Assembly (NCBI GenBank): GCA_951406725.2
Contig: OX597816.1
Location: 128,216,001 to 128,280,000 of the forward strand
Direction of reading: 5' to 3'
Length of the DNA: 64,000 nucleotides
DNA from: Octopus vulgaris
Lineage: Eukaryota
This document shows positions 37,066 to 50,634 of the stretch, one piece after another. Both the position numbers and the translations under genes were made by a program. Each line of letters opens with the position of its first letter. Positions within the stretch are counted from its first letter, which is position 1. The notes beneath the pieces were generated by a model that saw only the letters and a list, made by a program, of their open reading frames with translations, was not told where the DNA came from and ran no database searches.

Positions 37066-38138
37066 TATCCTGATGCAGTACCAAGCAGTGGTTCTCATGG
37101 CTTTTGATCTTTACTGATTGAAAGTGTTATCATGTACATTGTTTTATCTTAGTACAAAAGATGGGCTACAGCAAATATTCTGCTCAATACCACAAATTTG
37201 CTTGTCACTTGTTTGACCGTAACCAGTTGAGCATGTCCCTTAGTGGCTGACAATATGAGCAGAAGCCATTGGGGAGCATCATAATCATGTGTTGAGAGGG
37301 ATTCTTTGGGGTTTGAATACTTCACCTCTGGAAACATGTATGTTTCATTCATTACCCTAAACATATTGAGTAGCTGGATGGGCTACTCAATATGAAGAAA
37401 ATTCTAACTGGGCCCCTCCTGCAAGGTCATATACTGTTTATCTTGGTTTGAGATCACCATGTCGTGCACAAGTCGGTGTGATGCATGTGCCTGGTATACC
37501 TTTATCAGATGGGTAGTCATGATGCATATATTGGCCTTCGTATATTTGTACCCCAGTGTCACTCTGATGGCGTGCATTGCTCTCTCACTCAATAATAATA
37601 ATAATAATAAATACCCTGATGCAGTGCCAGGCAGTAACTCGAATTATTTCTCATCTTAACTGATTAGAAGCATTATCATGGATATTGTTTTGTCTTGGTA
37701 TAAAAGATGGGTTGCAGCAAATATTCTGCTCAGTACCACAAATTTGCTTGTCAGTTGTTTGACCATAACCAGTTGAGCATATCGCTTGATGATATATACA
37801 TCTCTGATCATGAGCAGGAGTAGTGGGGAAGCATCATAACTGTGTATTGAAAGGAATTCTTTGGGGTTTCAATAATTCAACTTTGGAAACATAGGTGTTC
37901 ATTATCCTTAAACAAACTTTATTCAGAGACATTTTGTGTTGGATGGGCTACTCAACCTGAAGAAAATTCTAACTGGGCCCCACCTGCAAGGTCATGTGCT
38001 GTTTATCTTGATATAAGATCACCATGACATGCACATATGGTCATGATGCATGTGCCTGGTGTTCCCTTATCAGATGGATGGTCATGATGTATATATTGGG
38101 CTTCTTAGATTTTATCCCAGTGTCACTTTGATGGCATG
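37066..38138 (-). repeat. Two diverged tandem copies of a ~530-bp element, each next to an (AAT)n tract
   Basis: About 37066-37590 and 37611-38138 are collinear (CCTGATGCAGT.CCA.GCAGT ... CCCAGTGTCACT.TGATGGC). Confidence 0.85.
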
Positions 38139-38139
38139 A

Positions 38140-38865
38140 AAAGTGGAAAGGCAAAGTTGACTTTGGCACAGTTTGAACCCAGAATGTAAAGATCTTTAGG
38201 AAATGCTGCTATGCATTTTGCCTGACAAACTAAAACTTTTGCCAGCTTGCCACCTTAATAATGATTTCAAATTCGGGCACAAGGCCAGCAATTTTCGGGT
38301 GGGGCTAAGTCAATTACATCAACCCTAATATTCTACTGGTACTTTATCAATCCCAAAAGATAAAAGGCGAAGTTGACCTCAGTAGAATTTGAACCCAAAA
38401 TGTAAAGACAGATGAAATACCTATTTCTTTACTACCCACAAGGGGCTACACACAGAGAGAACAAAGGGATTAAGTCGATTAAATTAACCCCAGTGCGTAA
38501 CTGGTACTTAATTTATCGACCCTGAAAGGATGAAAGGCAAAGTTGACCTCGGCGGGATTTGAACCCAGAACGTAACAGCAGAAGAAATACGGCAACGCAT
38601 TTCGCCTGGCATGCTAATGTTTCTGCCAGTTCGCCGCCTGATGAAATACCACTAAGCATTTTGCCTGGTAAGTTAACAATTCTGGCAGCTGGCCACATTA
38701 GTAATAAGAATAATTTCTAATTAAGGGGTAAGGTCAGCAATTTTGAGAGGACTAGATTAGTCAATGCTATCAACCCCAGTACCCTAGAACTTGGCTATTA
38801 CTTTATTTTATCAATCCTGAAAAGATGAAAGCTAAAGTTAATCCCAGCAAGGTTAGAACTCAGGA
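38140..38865 (-). mobile_element. Second cluster of co-oriented family C SINEs
   Basis: Four occurrences of the AAAGGC.AAGTT.A...GAA..TGAAC motif. Confidence 0.8.
38422..38639 (-). mobile_element. Young family C SINE nested in an older copy, 11-bp TSD
   Basis: TSD GATGAAATACC at 38411-38421 and 38640-38650. The 3' end is TAGTAAAGAAATA. Confidence 0.9.
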
Positions 38866-39159
38866 CTTGCCCAATAATTCTTGTGGAACCCAGTAAGCAT
38901 GTTTTCTGCCCCTACTTTGAGGTTAAGATCAATTTTCCTAAGGTTTGCTTCCAAATTTTTTTGCCACCGTTCCTAATTCAGCAGTATCTTCACTTCACTG
39001 TACCAGATTTTGAGGACTCAATAATTCTGATCAGTACAATACCCTACATTTTATTTTACCATTCTTTTAATCCTGGTATCAAACAAACATGCCATAACAA
39101 TTACAATACAAAGTTCCTTTTTATCTGGCCTGTCATGTTCTAGTTTTTTTTTTTTTTGG

Positions 39160-39530
39160 TTTCCTTTATCTTTTACTTGTTTCAGCCATTAGAATGGGAC
39201 CATGCTGGTGCACCACCTTGAAGAACTTTTAGTCAAAGGAATCAACCTCAGTACTTCTTTTTTTAAGCCTGATACTTATTCTATTGATTTCTTTGCCAAT
39301 CTGCTAAGTTATAGGGACAATAACACACCGACATTGGTTGTCAAGCAGTGTCAGAGGACAGAAACACATACACACACATATCTGATGGGCTTCATTCAGT
39401 TTCCATCTACCAAATCCACTCACAAGGCTTTGGCTGTCCTGAGGCTATAGTAGAAGGCACTGAACCCAGAACCATGGGGTCAGGAAGCAAGCTTCTTACT
39501 ACATACTACACGGTTATGCCCATGCCTATG
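39160..39530 (-). mobile_element. SINE family A copy
   Basis: Homologous to 58157-58572. Confidence 0.75.
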
Positions 39531-41010
39531 GCTTGTAAGTCCCACAACAATCTCATTTTATTATTTTCAAAACATTCCTGTTCCCACAAGGTTATAGCTC
39601 TATTTTTGAAAACAATAGCAAATTCTTGCAAACCTTTGCGGTTGTCTTATCATAGTTACAGTTTTTGCATTCATTTTGAGCTTACAGCAGATTTTCTAAA
39701 AGAATGTGAGCTACAACTTTATCTAAATTGTTGCACAATCTACATTTGGATGAAAAGTTCTTCTGATTTATCGTCCTTGCAATCTAATTTACTCTTAGAA
39801 CCTGTTCTTTTGCTTTGAAAATCATTCCCTCAGCCTCTCGTCAATACTCTATACTTTAACCATGGCAGTTGTCCTTGACATCCTTTATTTCTTTTGTCTG
39901 TTTCCTTTCAAAATTTGATTTCATACTTTCTACATTTTCTTGCCTTCTCTTTTTAGGTACTACAAATTCTATATATAACCCCTGTTTATTACCTCTTTAA
40001 GGTGGTGGTGGTGGTGGTGGTGATGATGATGTGAAGCAGCTGAAATAGTTGAGTATATTCTTCATGTCAAAGACTTCAATCATTTACATTGAATTTAAAT
40101 CCTGTTAAGATTGAATTTTACTTTCATCGTTTGAATCTACCTACAATATACTAAGGTCAATTCCATCAGCTTTATACTATTCATACAAACTTACCATTAT
40201 ATGCTAATCTAATATACCGACATAAGAGATTTAAGTCGTTGGACTATTGATCACATGTATCTTGTCAAGGTACATAATACTCTTTCAATGTATATGATTG
40301 ATAACAGGTCTTGGTTCTATTTTAGTGTTGAATTGCCAACAGTAAGAAAAACATTCACTTATAAAAGAAACTGCTCAGATTAAAATCCTTCCTTAAAAGA
40401 ATGGAAAAAATAAAATATTAATGAAAAAGAAACACCAAAATAATTTCAGGATCAAGAAACTCTAATATTTACATTTCTCTATCCTTACTTATTTAAAGCC
40501 ATATAACTACTTAGGACATGTAGTTATATGTAGTGTCGCTTCAGTGGCACCCGTATCAGGGGAATGTAAAGAGCACCCACTACACTCTTGGAGTGGTTGG
40601 TATTAGGAAGGGTATCCAACCATAGAAACCATGGCAAATCAGATTGGAAACTATTGTAGCTCCCAGGCTTACCAGCCTTCAGTCAAATCTGACATTAAAT
40701 GATGATGATGATGTTGATATCAATATTAATTCAATGACAATATTTTGTTTTGACCCAAGTATGAGTATAAATCGATCCCATTATAAAGCTTCAGCATGGT
40801 AAATATGATAACTCATTGCTACAACTACTTCCAGGGCACATTAGGATATGGTGAACCATCTGTACCTCTAAATCAGGGTTTCATAAGACTCTAATAGGAG
40901 ACAAGACTTACTTTCTAATGTTTGCTGGAAGAAGGCCATAATGAGTATTCTAAAAATCAAATAAATATTTTCTCTTGCGGTAAACAAAATGATATTTCTT
41001 CTCTCTAGAA

Positions 41011-41532
41011 CAGGGGTGGGGAAACCCCGTCTGTGGGTACAATTGCACCCACAAGCCCATTTTATTTTGCCTACAGGCTGATATACTCGTACGTAGTAAA
41101 TTTTTCAATTACAGAATTTATAAAATATTTGTATGCCAATTTGCAACATATGTCATGTTTCCACTACAACTTAAAATGGTTAGACTCGAACAGAAATTCA
41201 TCTGGTAATTGCCATTTGAATGGAAATTTTGCTTTCTCTATAAAACACATATTGCAAGGTTTGTACCAGCCCCTTGAGACTCAACTACGCTCTAGCTGAA
41301 AAATATAGAAACCTCATAAGTAATATAAATGTCCTAAATTCAGTGGTGGCATTAATGAAGATGTTATGCATTAATTTAATGTGTTAAACTTATCTTTTTT
41401 TAATGTATATTGAATTATTTATAGATATATACAAGATCTACACAGATATAAGACTTAGAACTTGTGATCCACCTATGAACCTTTTTCTTTGTAAATTTTT
41501 GCCTGCCACACTAAAAAGTTTCCCCACCCCTG
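41011..41532. mobile_element. hAT (Charlie-like) MITE
   Basis: Perfect 15-bp TIR CAGGGGTGGGGAAAC/GTTTCCCCACCCCTG and 8-bp TSD CTCTAGAA (41003-41010, 41533-41540). Confidence 0.92.
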
Positions 41533-43444
41533 CTCTAGAACAATCAATGCATGCTTCTTGGTGAAGTGATGGTAAAATAAGTGATGTGAAGTGACTGTGG
41601 CTTACAATTTTCAAAACGAAATGTCTTAAGATTTAATAGAAGTAACACCTCAACATGAGAATCATTTGAAATACTATTTATTACTTTAACTAAGCCTTAT
41701 CTTATATTTTGGTTTTGGCATTTCAATGTTTTCCCAGCAATGTAATAAACTAGTGAAGCACTTTTATCACAGTGCAATATGTATAACATTAAGACAAGCT
41801 AAACATTTAGACCAGTAACTCCCAAATTGTGTGCCATGAGCTGTTTCTAGTTGTGCCTCTAAAATAACAAAATTATTTTTAAAGAATGTGAAAAATACAA
41901 ATAAATTAAAATTCTAAATTTAAAGCTTCGTATTGTATAATGATATAAGTACTTTGTAATTTTCTGTAGTTAAATTATTTATATTTACTGGCTAATTATA
42001 TATAAATAAATACCTTTTTCTAATGCATAAGGGATTGAATATTTACATTAGCTCTGAAATACACTGTGAGTAAAAATGGTTTGAGAACTGTTTGATGTCA
42101 TCATTTCCTTAGAATTATCATTTCTTTGATTTAGACATTACCATTTATTGTCTTCTTTACCATAACTGGTAAAATAAAGGATTTCCTGATCTTTTATCCT
42201 AACAGAATGCATGCAATTAAGCATTTTATTAACTTTTAATAGTGAACTTTCAGTTGGCTTCTAACATAAATAGGAATTTAAATCATAAATTAACGTCTGT
42301 AGAGAGGAAAAAATAAAAAGAATCTATGGAAAAACTGATAGCATAAAAATTCTACAATTCTTTTTAACATTTTTCTTTGTATTTTGGATCCCAAATTCAT
42401 TATTTTGGTTTCAATGTACATTAGCAAAAGTTTAGAAAAAAAAAAGAGAAAAAATTTATGCTGGATTGATCAAGAATTTAGTAGGGATTTATTTGAAGTG
42501 CTATGGGTGGAGTCACAATCAAAATATGCTTCAAAGCTGAAAGCTTGCTAATGGTTAGAGTGTAATATGTTTCCTCTAAAGTATTCGTAAATTAGCAGAA
42601 AATTGTAGGTTTGCATTCTAACAAAGGTAATGAAGAGAGATTATTTTCAGATAATCATGAAATTATTTAAAAGCCTTTCTTACCCAATGTTTTTTTTTAG
42701 CAATTATCTTTTATTGCCCATTTTCTAATTACTACCGCTTCATCCATATAAAGGCTTTCTTGTGTTAAGGAGAATGAAAAAATATATATTGGTATTTTGA
42801 TCATTGTCAGTTACAGAATTTCACCTTACTCACATCATTGACAAGCTGGTATATTCACAAAAGCTCATATAAATTAATATCATTTCAGCCCCATGTTGTA
42901 CAAATATGATAATGAATAAATGATTTTATTCATCATTATATTCTTTTTCTTATTCAATACTAATATTTACAATTAAACTGATCTCATATTATCTTTGTCT
43001 CTAACATCTCAATTCATTAGTTTTTAATACTACTACTAAGGATAAAAATAATAATATCAACATCCTTTAAATTTAGCATTCTCTTATTATTATTTAACTA
43101 ATTCAATGCTCATTGGGGAAAAGGAGTCTTTTCAATTGCTATTTTCAGAAACACTGTCAATTCAAGGGTTATGAACAAATTCTAGATATCTTTAGTCCTC
43201 GTACCATCAAAAGGCACCAAGAGTTTAAGCTGGACAGGTATGACAATAATGGATGTGTCTGAGATGTAAAATTAGCAAAATAGTTGTAAAGTATTCATAT
43301 AAGACTTTACGTTGAATAACTACAACTAAATGTTAGTTTAATCTAGTTAGGAGTCAAGTAAGTCTGTTCCACTAATTATTACTGTACAGTTCTTCTAACC
43401 TTACAAGGATGAACAGTTCTATATTTAAGAGATGAGGAATTATG

Positions 43445-43605
43445 TACATTATTTACATTTGACAGATATTTATCCTCATCTTGTTTGTTGTTAACATAAT
43501 GTTTCAACTGATACACCCTCCAGTCTTCATCAGGTCTCTTGGGGAAATTTCAAACCTGGGTTCTTATTCCTAGGGTATTTTTCAATGTTATTCAATTCCA
43601 GGCAG

Positions 43606-43654
<49 letters not shown>

Positions 43655-43796
43655 CAACATCGAAAAATACCTTAGGAATGAGAACCCAGGTTCGAAATTT
43701 CCCAAGACACCTGATGAAAGTTGGAGGGTATATCAGCCGAAATGTGTTAACAATAAACAAGATGAGGACAAATATCTGTCAAATGTAAATAATGTA
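43445..43796. mobile_element. Inverted pair of a hammerhead-bearing repeat joined through an (AAT)n tract
   Basis: 43445-43590 is the reverse complement of about 43652-43796. Each arm has CTGATGAA...GAAA (43711-43742 plus; about 43502-43533 minus). Confidence 0.85.
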
Positions 43797-44690
43797 AATA
43801 AGGATGAACAGTGTTAATAAAGGCCAGTTTACTCTTTGTTTGCCAGTGACAACATTCAATATAAAATTTTCATCTACTTTTCCGCAAAGAAGGAAGATTA
43901 TGAGAAAAGCCTTCCCTTTTAGCATACTTGACACTTCAATTTCAAAGTAAGACAAAAGAAAATATACAATAAAACTAAAGCTTAACTCCTGATTTACCAG
44001 CATATTTTATGGAAAATTATAGAGTTTCATAATGCAGGTCTGCCTCAGTACTAATAGTTATCCTCCTCATCCTCCTCCCCATCATCATCATCATCGTCAA
44101 CAACAGCAACATCATTTTGTAATGATCACTTTAATGTCACATTGCTATTGACGTGTCCTATTTCCCTTTGTGCATAAAAAAATTTACTTTCATCTCAATG
44201 TGATCAAATTTATTGGTTTCAATGTCATTAATAACATTTGTTGCCATGAATGGAAGAATTAGAAGTGTTCTAAAAGAGAGTGTCATCTGAACAGACCACT
44301 TGATATCAGTTTTATAATGTTACAGCTATAAAACCAAGTTCAACAATTATTTCCAGAAATAAAGAACATGTTTTTTTCATTCACTAGATTCACTCTTATT
44401 TGATCATCACCACTATCATCATCATCAACAACATCATCGTCATCGTCATCATCATCATTTAATGTCCATCTTTCATCGCTGGCTTGGGTTGAGCAGTGTG
44501 ACAGGATCTGATAAACTGCAGGACAGCACTGAGGTTCGAAGATCTGCTTCAGCATGGTTGATACAGTTGGATGCCCTTCCTAACATCAACCACTTTATAG
44601 TGTGTACTGGGTGCACCAAGTACAATGGTTTACTTTTAGAAAAATACTTTTCTGATACAAGTAAAAATGCAAGTTCTAAAATCTCTTTAA

Positions 44691-44910
44691 CCCTTTTGTT
44701 ACCGTATTTCTGCTGAGATGCTCTGTGTTTCTTTCAATTATTTTAAATATAACAAAGAATTTATTAAAATAACTTGGTTATCATTCAGCTAGTGTTAGGA
44801 ACATAAATTGTGACTAAGGTTTGGTGGAAGATTTTAATTCAAAACTTATGAAAACAAGACATTTGTACTCAGAGCCAGAGCCGGTTTCAGCCAGGTTGGT
44901 AACGAAAGGG
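44691..44910. mobile_element. piggyBac-like MITE
   Basis: TTAA|CCCTTTTGTTACC ... GGTAACGAAAGGG|TTAA, with TTAA TSD and CCC termini. Confidence 0.88.
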
Positions 44911-45439
44911 TTAAGAGATCAATGCAGTAGCTGTGCTGACAAGTAATATTTGTAGCTACTTTAACATGGCTGTCCATTCAAGTGGACTATACCACAATTT
45001 TTTAACTTCAAGAGGACATCTCCTCTAGCAGGTTAAAGATGCACAGCTGCATCCAATAAAATTGAGAGCAGGGGAGTGAACCCCTTCCATTTCCTAGTGA
45101 TGGAACAAGTGAACCAGTCCTGGTTTGGGGCTATTTCTGCCACTCCTCAGTATGTCTTACTAAGAAGATGGCATCAGTAGTACTTCTTACTCACACAAAA
45201 ATTAAACTGTATCTTGTCCAGTCTAATTCTCTTCCTAACTAATTGGGCTATATAACTCTTTATGTAGCTTTCATGACCTGGGCCAGCAAAATTGATACCT
45301 TGATTTAACTTGATACTTCTGTTAAAGCCATCTCCTTTACACTTATAACAGCTGACTATAATGTCATTACACCAACTGTTTACAATGGCACTTTCCTATA
45401 AAACCTGATTAACTACATGGGTGACTAGGCATACCTTAC

Positions 45440-45860
45440 TCACCTAGATATTTTAAGCATTTCAGTAGTAATTTCTGATGGACCAGGAGCTTTCTCTCCC
45501 ATCGTATTCTTAAATGTCTCCTCTATCATACTACTGTCTGCTAGGATAGCTGGTCTCTCCCGGTTGTGTCCACATTTGGAAGGCCTTCTTTCTCGCAAAC
45601 ATTCTCCATGTTTGATAGCCTTTCACAGTAGCAGTTCCATTCCTCCTTCTTTTCAGAATCATTAAGTGGAAGTGTACTATTATCCATCTGCACACACTTC
45701 TCACACAGCATCTCTCTGATACACTGTCTTCCAAGCCAGAACACCTCACATGCTCTTGATTCTCACACTTTCAAACATCAGCGAATTTCCTTTCTACTTT
45801 TCCCGTTGCTATGTGAACCTGTTGTCTAGCTCCTCTTCTGGCCACCTAATATAATTCTCT
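45440..45860 (-). mobile_element. RTE LINE fragment, same region as ~16885-17290
   Basis: Shares CACCTAGATATTTTAAGCAT..CAG. Translation EKKEEWNCYCERLSNMENVCEKEGLPNVD. Confidence 0.75.
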
Positions 45861-45917
45861 TTTGATTACAAACACACATGCACACACACACACACACACA
45901 TACACACGCACACATAT

Positions 45918-45957
<40 letters not shown>

Positions 45958-48549
45958 TATATATATATGAACTTTGTTAATTATTTTCCTTAGATTTTAA
46001 TAAAATTAATCTTTATCATATCTTCTACTTTTTACAGTTGTTGGACTACTACCCTACTGAAGCACTGTTCTGAAGGGCTTTAGTTGAAAAAATCAACCCC
46101 AATATTTATTTTTTAAGTCTGGCAATTATTCTGTTGTCAGTTTTGTCGAACCACTAAGTTACAGAAACATAAACAAATGAACACTGGCCGTGAAACAGTG
46201 GAGTGGAGACAAGCAGACATAAATACAAACACATGGATATATATATATATATATATACATTGGGATTCAACCAGAACCAGATCGAGACCCATAGAGCTCC
46301 AAATATATATAATTCAAAATATAAACAATAATAAACTATAAAATAGATTTTTATTTTTAAAACGTAGCAAAACTAACAGTAAGATCAAAAATAATGTTTT
46401 TTGTATACTTCCTCTTAATTTATTTTTGAAAAGTTTTCTCCACCTTTTTTTAAATTATAAAATCTTTGATCAGATCCTCAAAATCAATCTTACACAACAC
46501 ATTTGCCTCTATACATAGCAGAGATAAGGCCTCCTGCATATCATTTTAGCAAGTTTAAAGTGATTTCTTTTGTGTCATAAATCATTTATCATTCCTGTAG
46601 TATCCCTGCGTTCCTTGATGCCCTAAGCATGTGTTTATTTTGCTTAATGTTTAATCCAGTGCTGGCTTCTACACAGTTTCTGTCCATTAAATTCACTCAC
46701 AAGACATCAGTCAAACTAAAGCTATAGTAGAAGACACTTGTCCAAGGTGCCGCACAGTGGGACTGAAACCAAAACTACATAGTTGCAAAGCAAGCTTCTT
46801 AACCAGACAATTCAACATTCTTTTAGTTGGAAAAGAGAAAGATACTGTTACAATTTTTTTTATTCTTTCATTCAAAGATATTTACATAAAAGTTTAGAAT
46901 CATATTGAAAAATCAGAAAGACTCTTCCAGCAATTCTATGGAAAAAGAGTTATAATCAAACAAGTAAAAGAACTTTGATTTATTTATTAAATCTAACAAC
47001 CAAATACCTCTTGATAAACTGCCCTATTTCAAGTGATGGTAAGTTGTAAATCATAGTGCTACATACTTTAATAAAAGTTGATTGGCCACAGCTAGGTTAC
47101 CAACATACTTAAATTGATTGATTTCATACTGTAGGCAGAACTAACCAGGGTATCTCAGCAACAACAATCATGGAAGCATAAATATCAATGCTCAAGAATG
47201 GAATCATAATGGTAATTGGTAGAGATACACATAACATGAAAGAGTTTAAATATTTTTAAGATGACTACACTCCAAATTTAAGATATGAAATTAGCCAAAC
47301 TGTTGACTTATTCACATATATATGGTGAAGATTACCCCCTCAGTTATTTGTTTATTTTATGAAAGAATTAGGTTTTGCTTCCTTGCTTTCATTTATGCTT
47401 TTACCAGACTGTTGACAGAAATAAAGTTGGGGAAGAGGAATTAATTGCAATACTTCATTCTTTCCACAAGATTACGATGTACCACTAGTCAAATTTTGTA
47501 TCCAACAAATGATTAAACTTAGAAACTGGTATATGTTCTGTTACTTGTATGATTCAAAATTGTCAGCCCTGGCTGTCTGGTCATGTTACTTGATTTTCTG
47601 AATTGCATCTTGTATATTGTGCTCTCTTCTCTGAGGATATGGCTGAGGAGATGGCTCATAGTGGTCAGCTATATGCCATGGTCACAACAGATGGGAAATA
47701 TCTCACAGAGATGAGGACTAACTGAAAAACTGCTTGATTCATTGTCTAGGATGACCTGAGCAAATACTAACAAATGGTGGATACAGAGACAGACATTCTC
47801 CGTACCCAATCTGACCATCATCCTTTACAAAACCACAAAAATACAGGCTAATACTTATTCTTTCTATTTGGATTTTTAAATCTTGGTAGTCAGTAATAGG
47901 AAAAGACTGCTACAAAATCTCAATATGCCAACGTCTTTTCCTTTTACCTATTTTATCATATTGAAGAAAGATGTTGCAGTTGGATCAGTCATACATCAGA
48001 AATTCTCCCATTAGCTGGTAAGGAAATATTAGATAAAATACTTGTGCTCATACTTAAAGGTTTTCAAAGCCTATCACCATTTTTTCCACATCTAGTAATA
48101 GAAGGTGGGATTTGAGCTCAAAATGCACAGAAGTGGAGCAGATACCATAAGGCATCTCATCTGATGCTTTCTATTGCCTCCTCCAAACTATTACTCTTAA
48201 CTGGTACTTTATCGACTCTGAACATAAGAAAAGGCAAAGTTGTCCTTGACAGGGTGCAGAAATCCAGCAATACTACAAAGTATTTCTACCCCAGGGTCCA
48301 ATAATTCCACCAATTCACTGACTCAAGAGATACACAGTAACCATTATATGTGACAGCACCAAATTGAGATTTAAAACACTTAAATATATAAAACCAATTT
48401 ACTTTCCTTTGAAGTATTTAAATAACTAAATAGATGATTATTTTTTATTATTTCAAGAAAAACATATTTACATTATTAGATTTATAGCAAATGTGAAAGA
48501 GTGTAAACAAATTTCTTATAAAGAATCATATCTTATTCAAATATCTTAT

Positions 48550-48740
48550 TCATAAAGAGTTGAGTGAGTTGATTTGCCATGAGGTATGAAAATTTTCAGC
48601 TTTTTGAACACTTGACCTTCTCCAAAGAGTAAGAGGATAGAGAGAACCTCTACAATCTTGTTCTCTGAAGAAAGACAAGTGTTAAAAGAAACTAATTTTT
48701 CCCTCCTTGTGGCAAATCAACTCACTGAACTCTTCTATGA
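48550..48740. repeat. Old fold-back element with decayed CTGAAGA...GAAA motifs
   Basis: GAGTGAGTTGATTTGCCATGAGG pairs with CCTTGTGGCAAATCAACTCACT. The inner arms also pair loosely (AACACTTG.C.TTCT / AGAAAGACAAGTGTT). Confidence 0.7.
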
Positions 48741-49289
48741 ACACTTTATGGCTTAAATTTTTGTTGACAGACTATAACTAGTTTCCTTAGTTTCTCTATT
48801 TTGCTGTTTCTTATTTATTTAACTGTGGAGTCAGACACTCTGTAAAGATCACAATTTTGCCAAAAGAGATATCTGAATAATTTAAGAGAAACTTTATTTG
48901 TATGTCAACAGTTTTGTGCTGTGTAGCTGTGTTGTTAGGCACCTAAGTATAAGCTAGCATCATTATATTTCAGAAACAACAAAGTTTTATGTTTTGTCTC
49001 TGTTTATTCATCAAGTATCTATTTATTTAGTTCCTTAGGAAGAGTAATAAGATCCCTGTTATCAAACAAGTGGAGAAAAAGAAATCAAATAATGGACAGG
49101 GTTTATCATGAAATCTGAGCTTAGTTTTCCTTAAAATGTAAGTTAAATTTATGCAGAATTTCTCATAGATCTCTCTCTCTCTATATATATGTGTGTGTGT
49201 GTGTATACACATGTACACACAGATAGATACATTGATACATAGTTAGCCATACACATATACCCATCTGTCGCGCTCTCTTTCTCATTATA

Positions 49290-49366
<77 letters not shown>

Positions 49367-50419
49367 GTAAAATTACTGCTACAATTTTATACGATGGTTA
49401 TAAGAATTCTCTATTTAGTGCTATTAAGGATGTCTAAACTTTAATTAAAATTGCGCATTTTCTGTCACATAAAATTTTAGCAATACAATTATCTGATCAA
49501 AACTAACATACCTTATATCCTACACAATGTTCATTTGGGATGGTGCCATATATGACCAGAATAGATCTGTCAAGACAACTTGGACGACTTGATATTAAAG
49601 TGAAGTAGTGCAACAAATAACTACTATAACGACTGAAGCATTGTCTTAGTAATAAGAGAAATTTTAGAGTAATTTGGTTTTGAAACTTAAACAGAAAATT
49701 AAATGAGAGTTAATTTTATTTTAATGCTGCTACTGAAGAAAAGTTTAACAGCTGTTAGTCCTTGCAGGGAAAGTAAGTAATCAAGATATCAAGTTTATTA
49801 AAAGTGACACTGAACGTGTGACTCTATTTATGTTCTATTTGATCAATATTTAAAATATATTCTGACATGAGGCTTAAAACAAATGACATTTGGATAGCAT
49901 TAGTGCAAAGACTGATCAAGAATCTAATAAAATTGCAGCAAGTTATATTCAGTAATGTTCAGATGACAGAACTGTGGATATTAAACTCTGGTAAATGAGA
50001 CTATTCTCCTTCAGTAAAATATCTCAAAAAGACAAGTAGCTTTAAAGTCAAAGAAAACCTGAGAACTCTGAAATAATTACCACAGGGTTTATACATAATT
50101 CAGTTTCAAAATATTTAAAACATTTAACATCTTTCAAATATTAAACCATTTCATAATATATTCAGCACTGCAATAAGATGACCAAAAAATAGGAGTGGAT
50201 ACAAGAGAGATTAACAGTGTAGATTTAAAGATAAGATAATGAATCTATGGAGATTGATGAACTTGTAATTCTTAATACTTAGTTTGTATTGAGTTCAAAT
50301 CTGGAAAGGTGAAATATGATGTTGTAACTGTAGCATACAAATAAAAAATAGATCCAACTTGTAAATTTTCTGTTTTAAGTAGTAGAATGATAAAAGATAA
50401 TGGTAGGGATAAGGGTTCA

Positions 50420-50620
50420 ATACATTATTTATATTATTTACATTTGACGGCTATTTGTCCTCATCTTGTTTGTTGTTAACACATTTCAGCCGATATACCC
50501 TCCAGCCTTCATCGGGTCTCCTGGGGAAATTTCGAACATGAGTTCTTATTCCTAAGGTATTTTTCGACATTAGTCATCGTCTTCTTCTTCTTCTTATTAT
50601 TATTGTTATTCAGGTCACTG
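50420..50620 (-). mobile_element. Further copy of the hammerhead-bearing repeat, core decayed
   Basis: Minus strand reads GAGAC-CCGATGA-A-GGCTG...CGGCT-GAAA-TGTGT. Homologous to 22500-22612. Confidence 0.8.
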
Positions 50621-50634
50621 TGGGGTTCAATACT

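Noticed and set aside
34171-37073. Short non-repetitive ORFs (34171-34407, 36218-36481, 36789-37073) as host exons
   Set aside because: No recognisable domains or consistent splice chain, and their lengths are compatible with chance.
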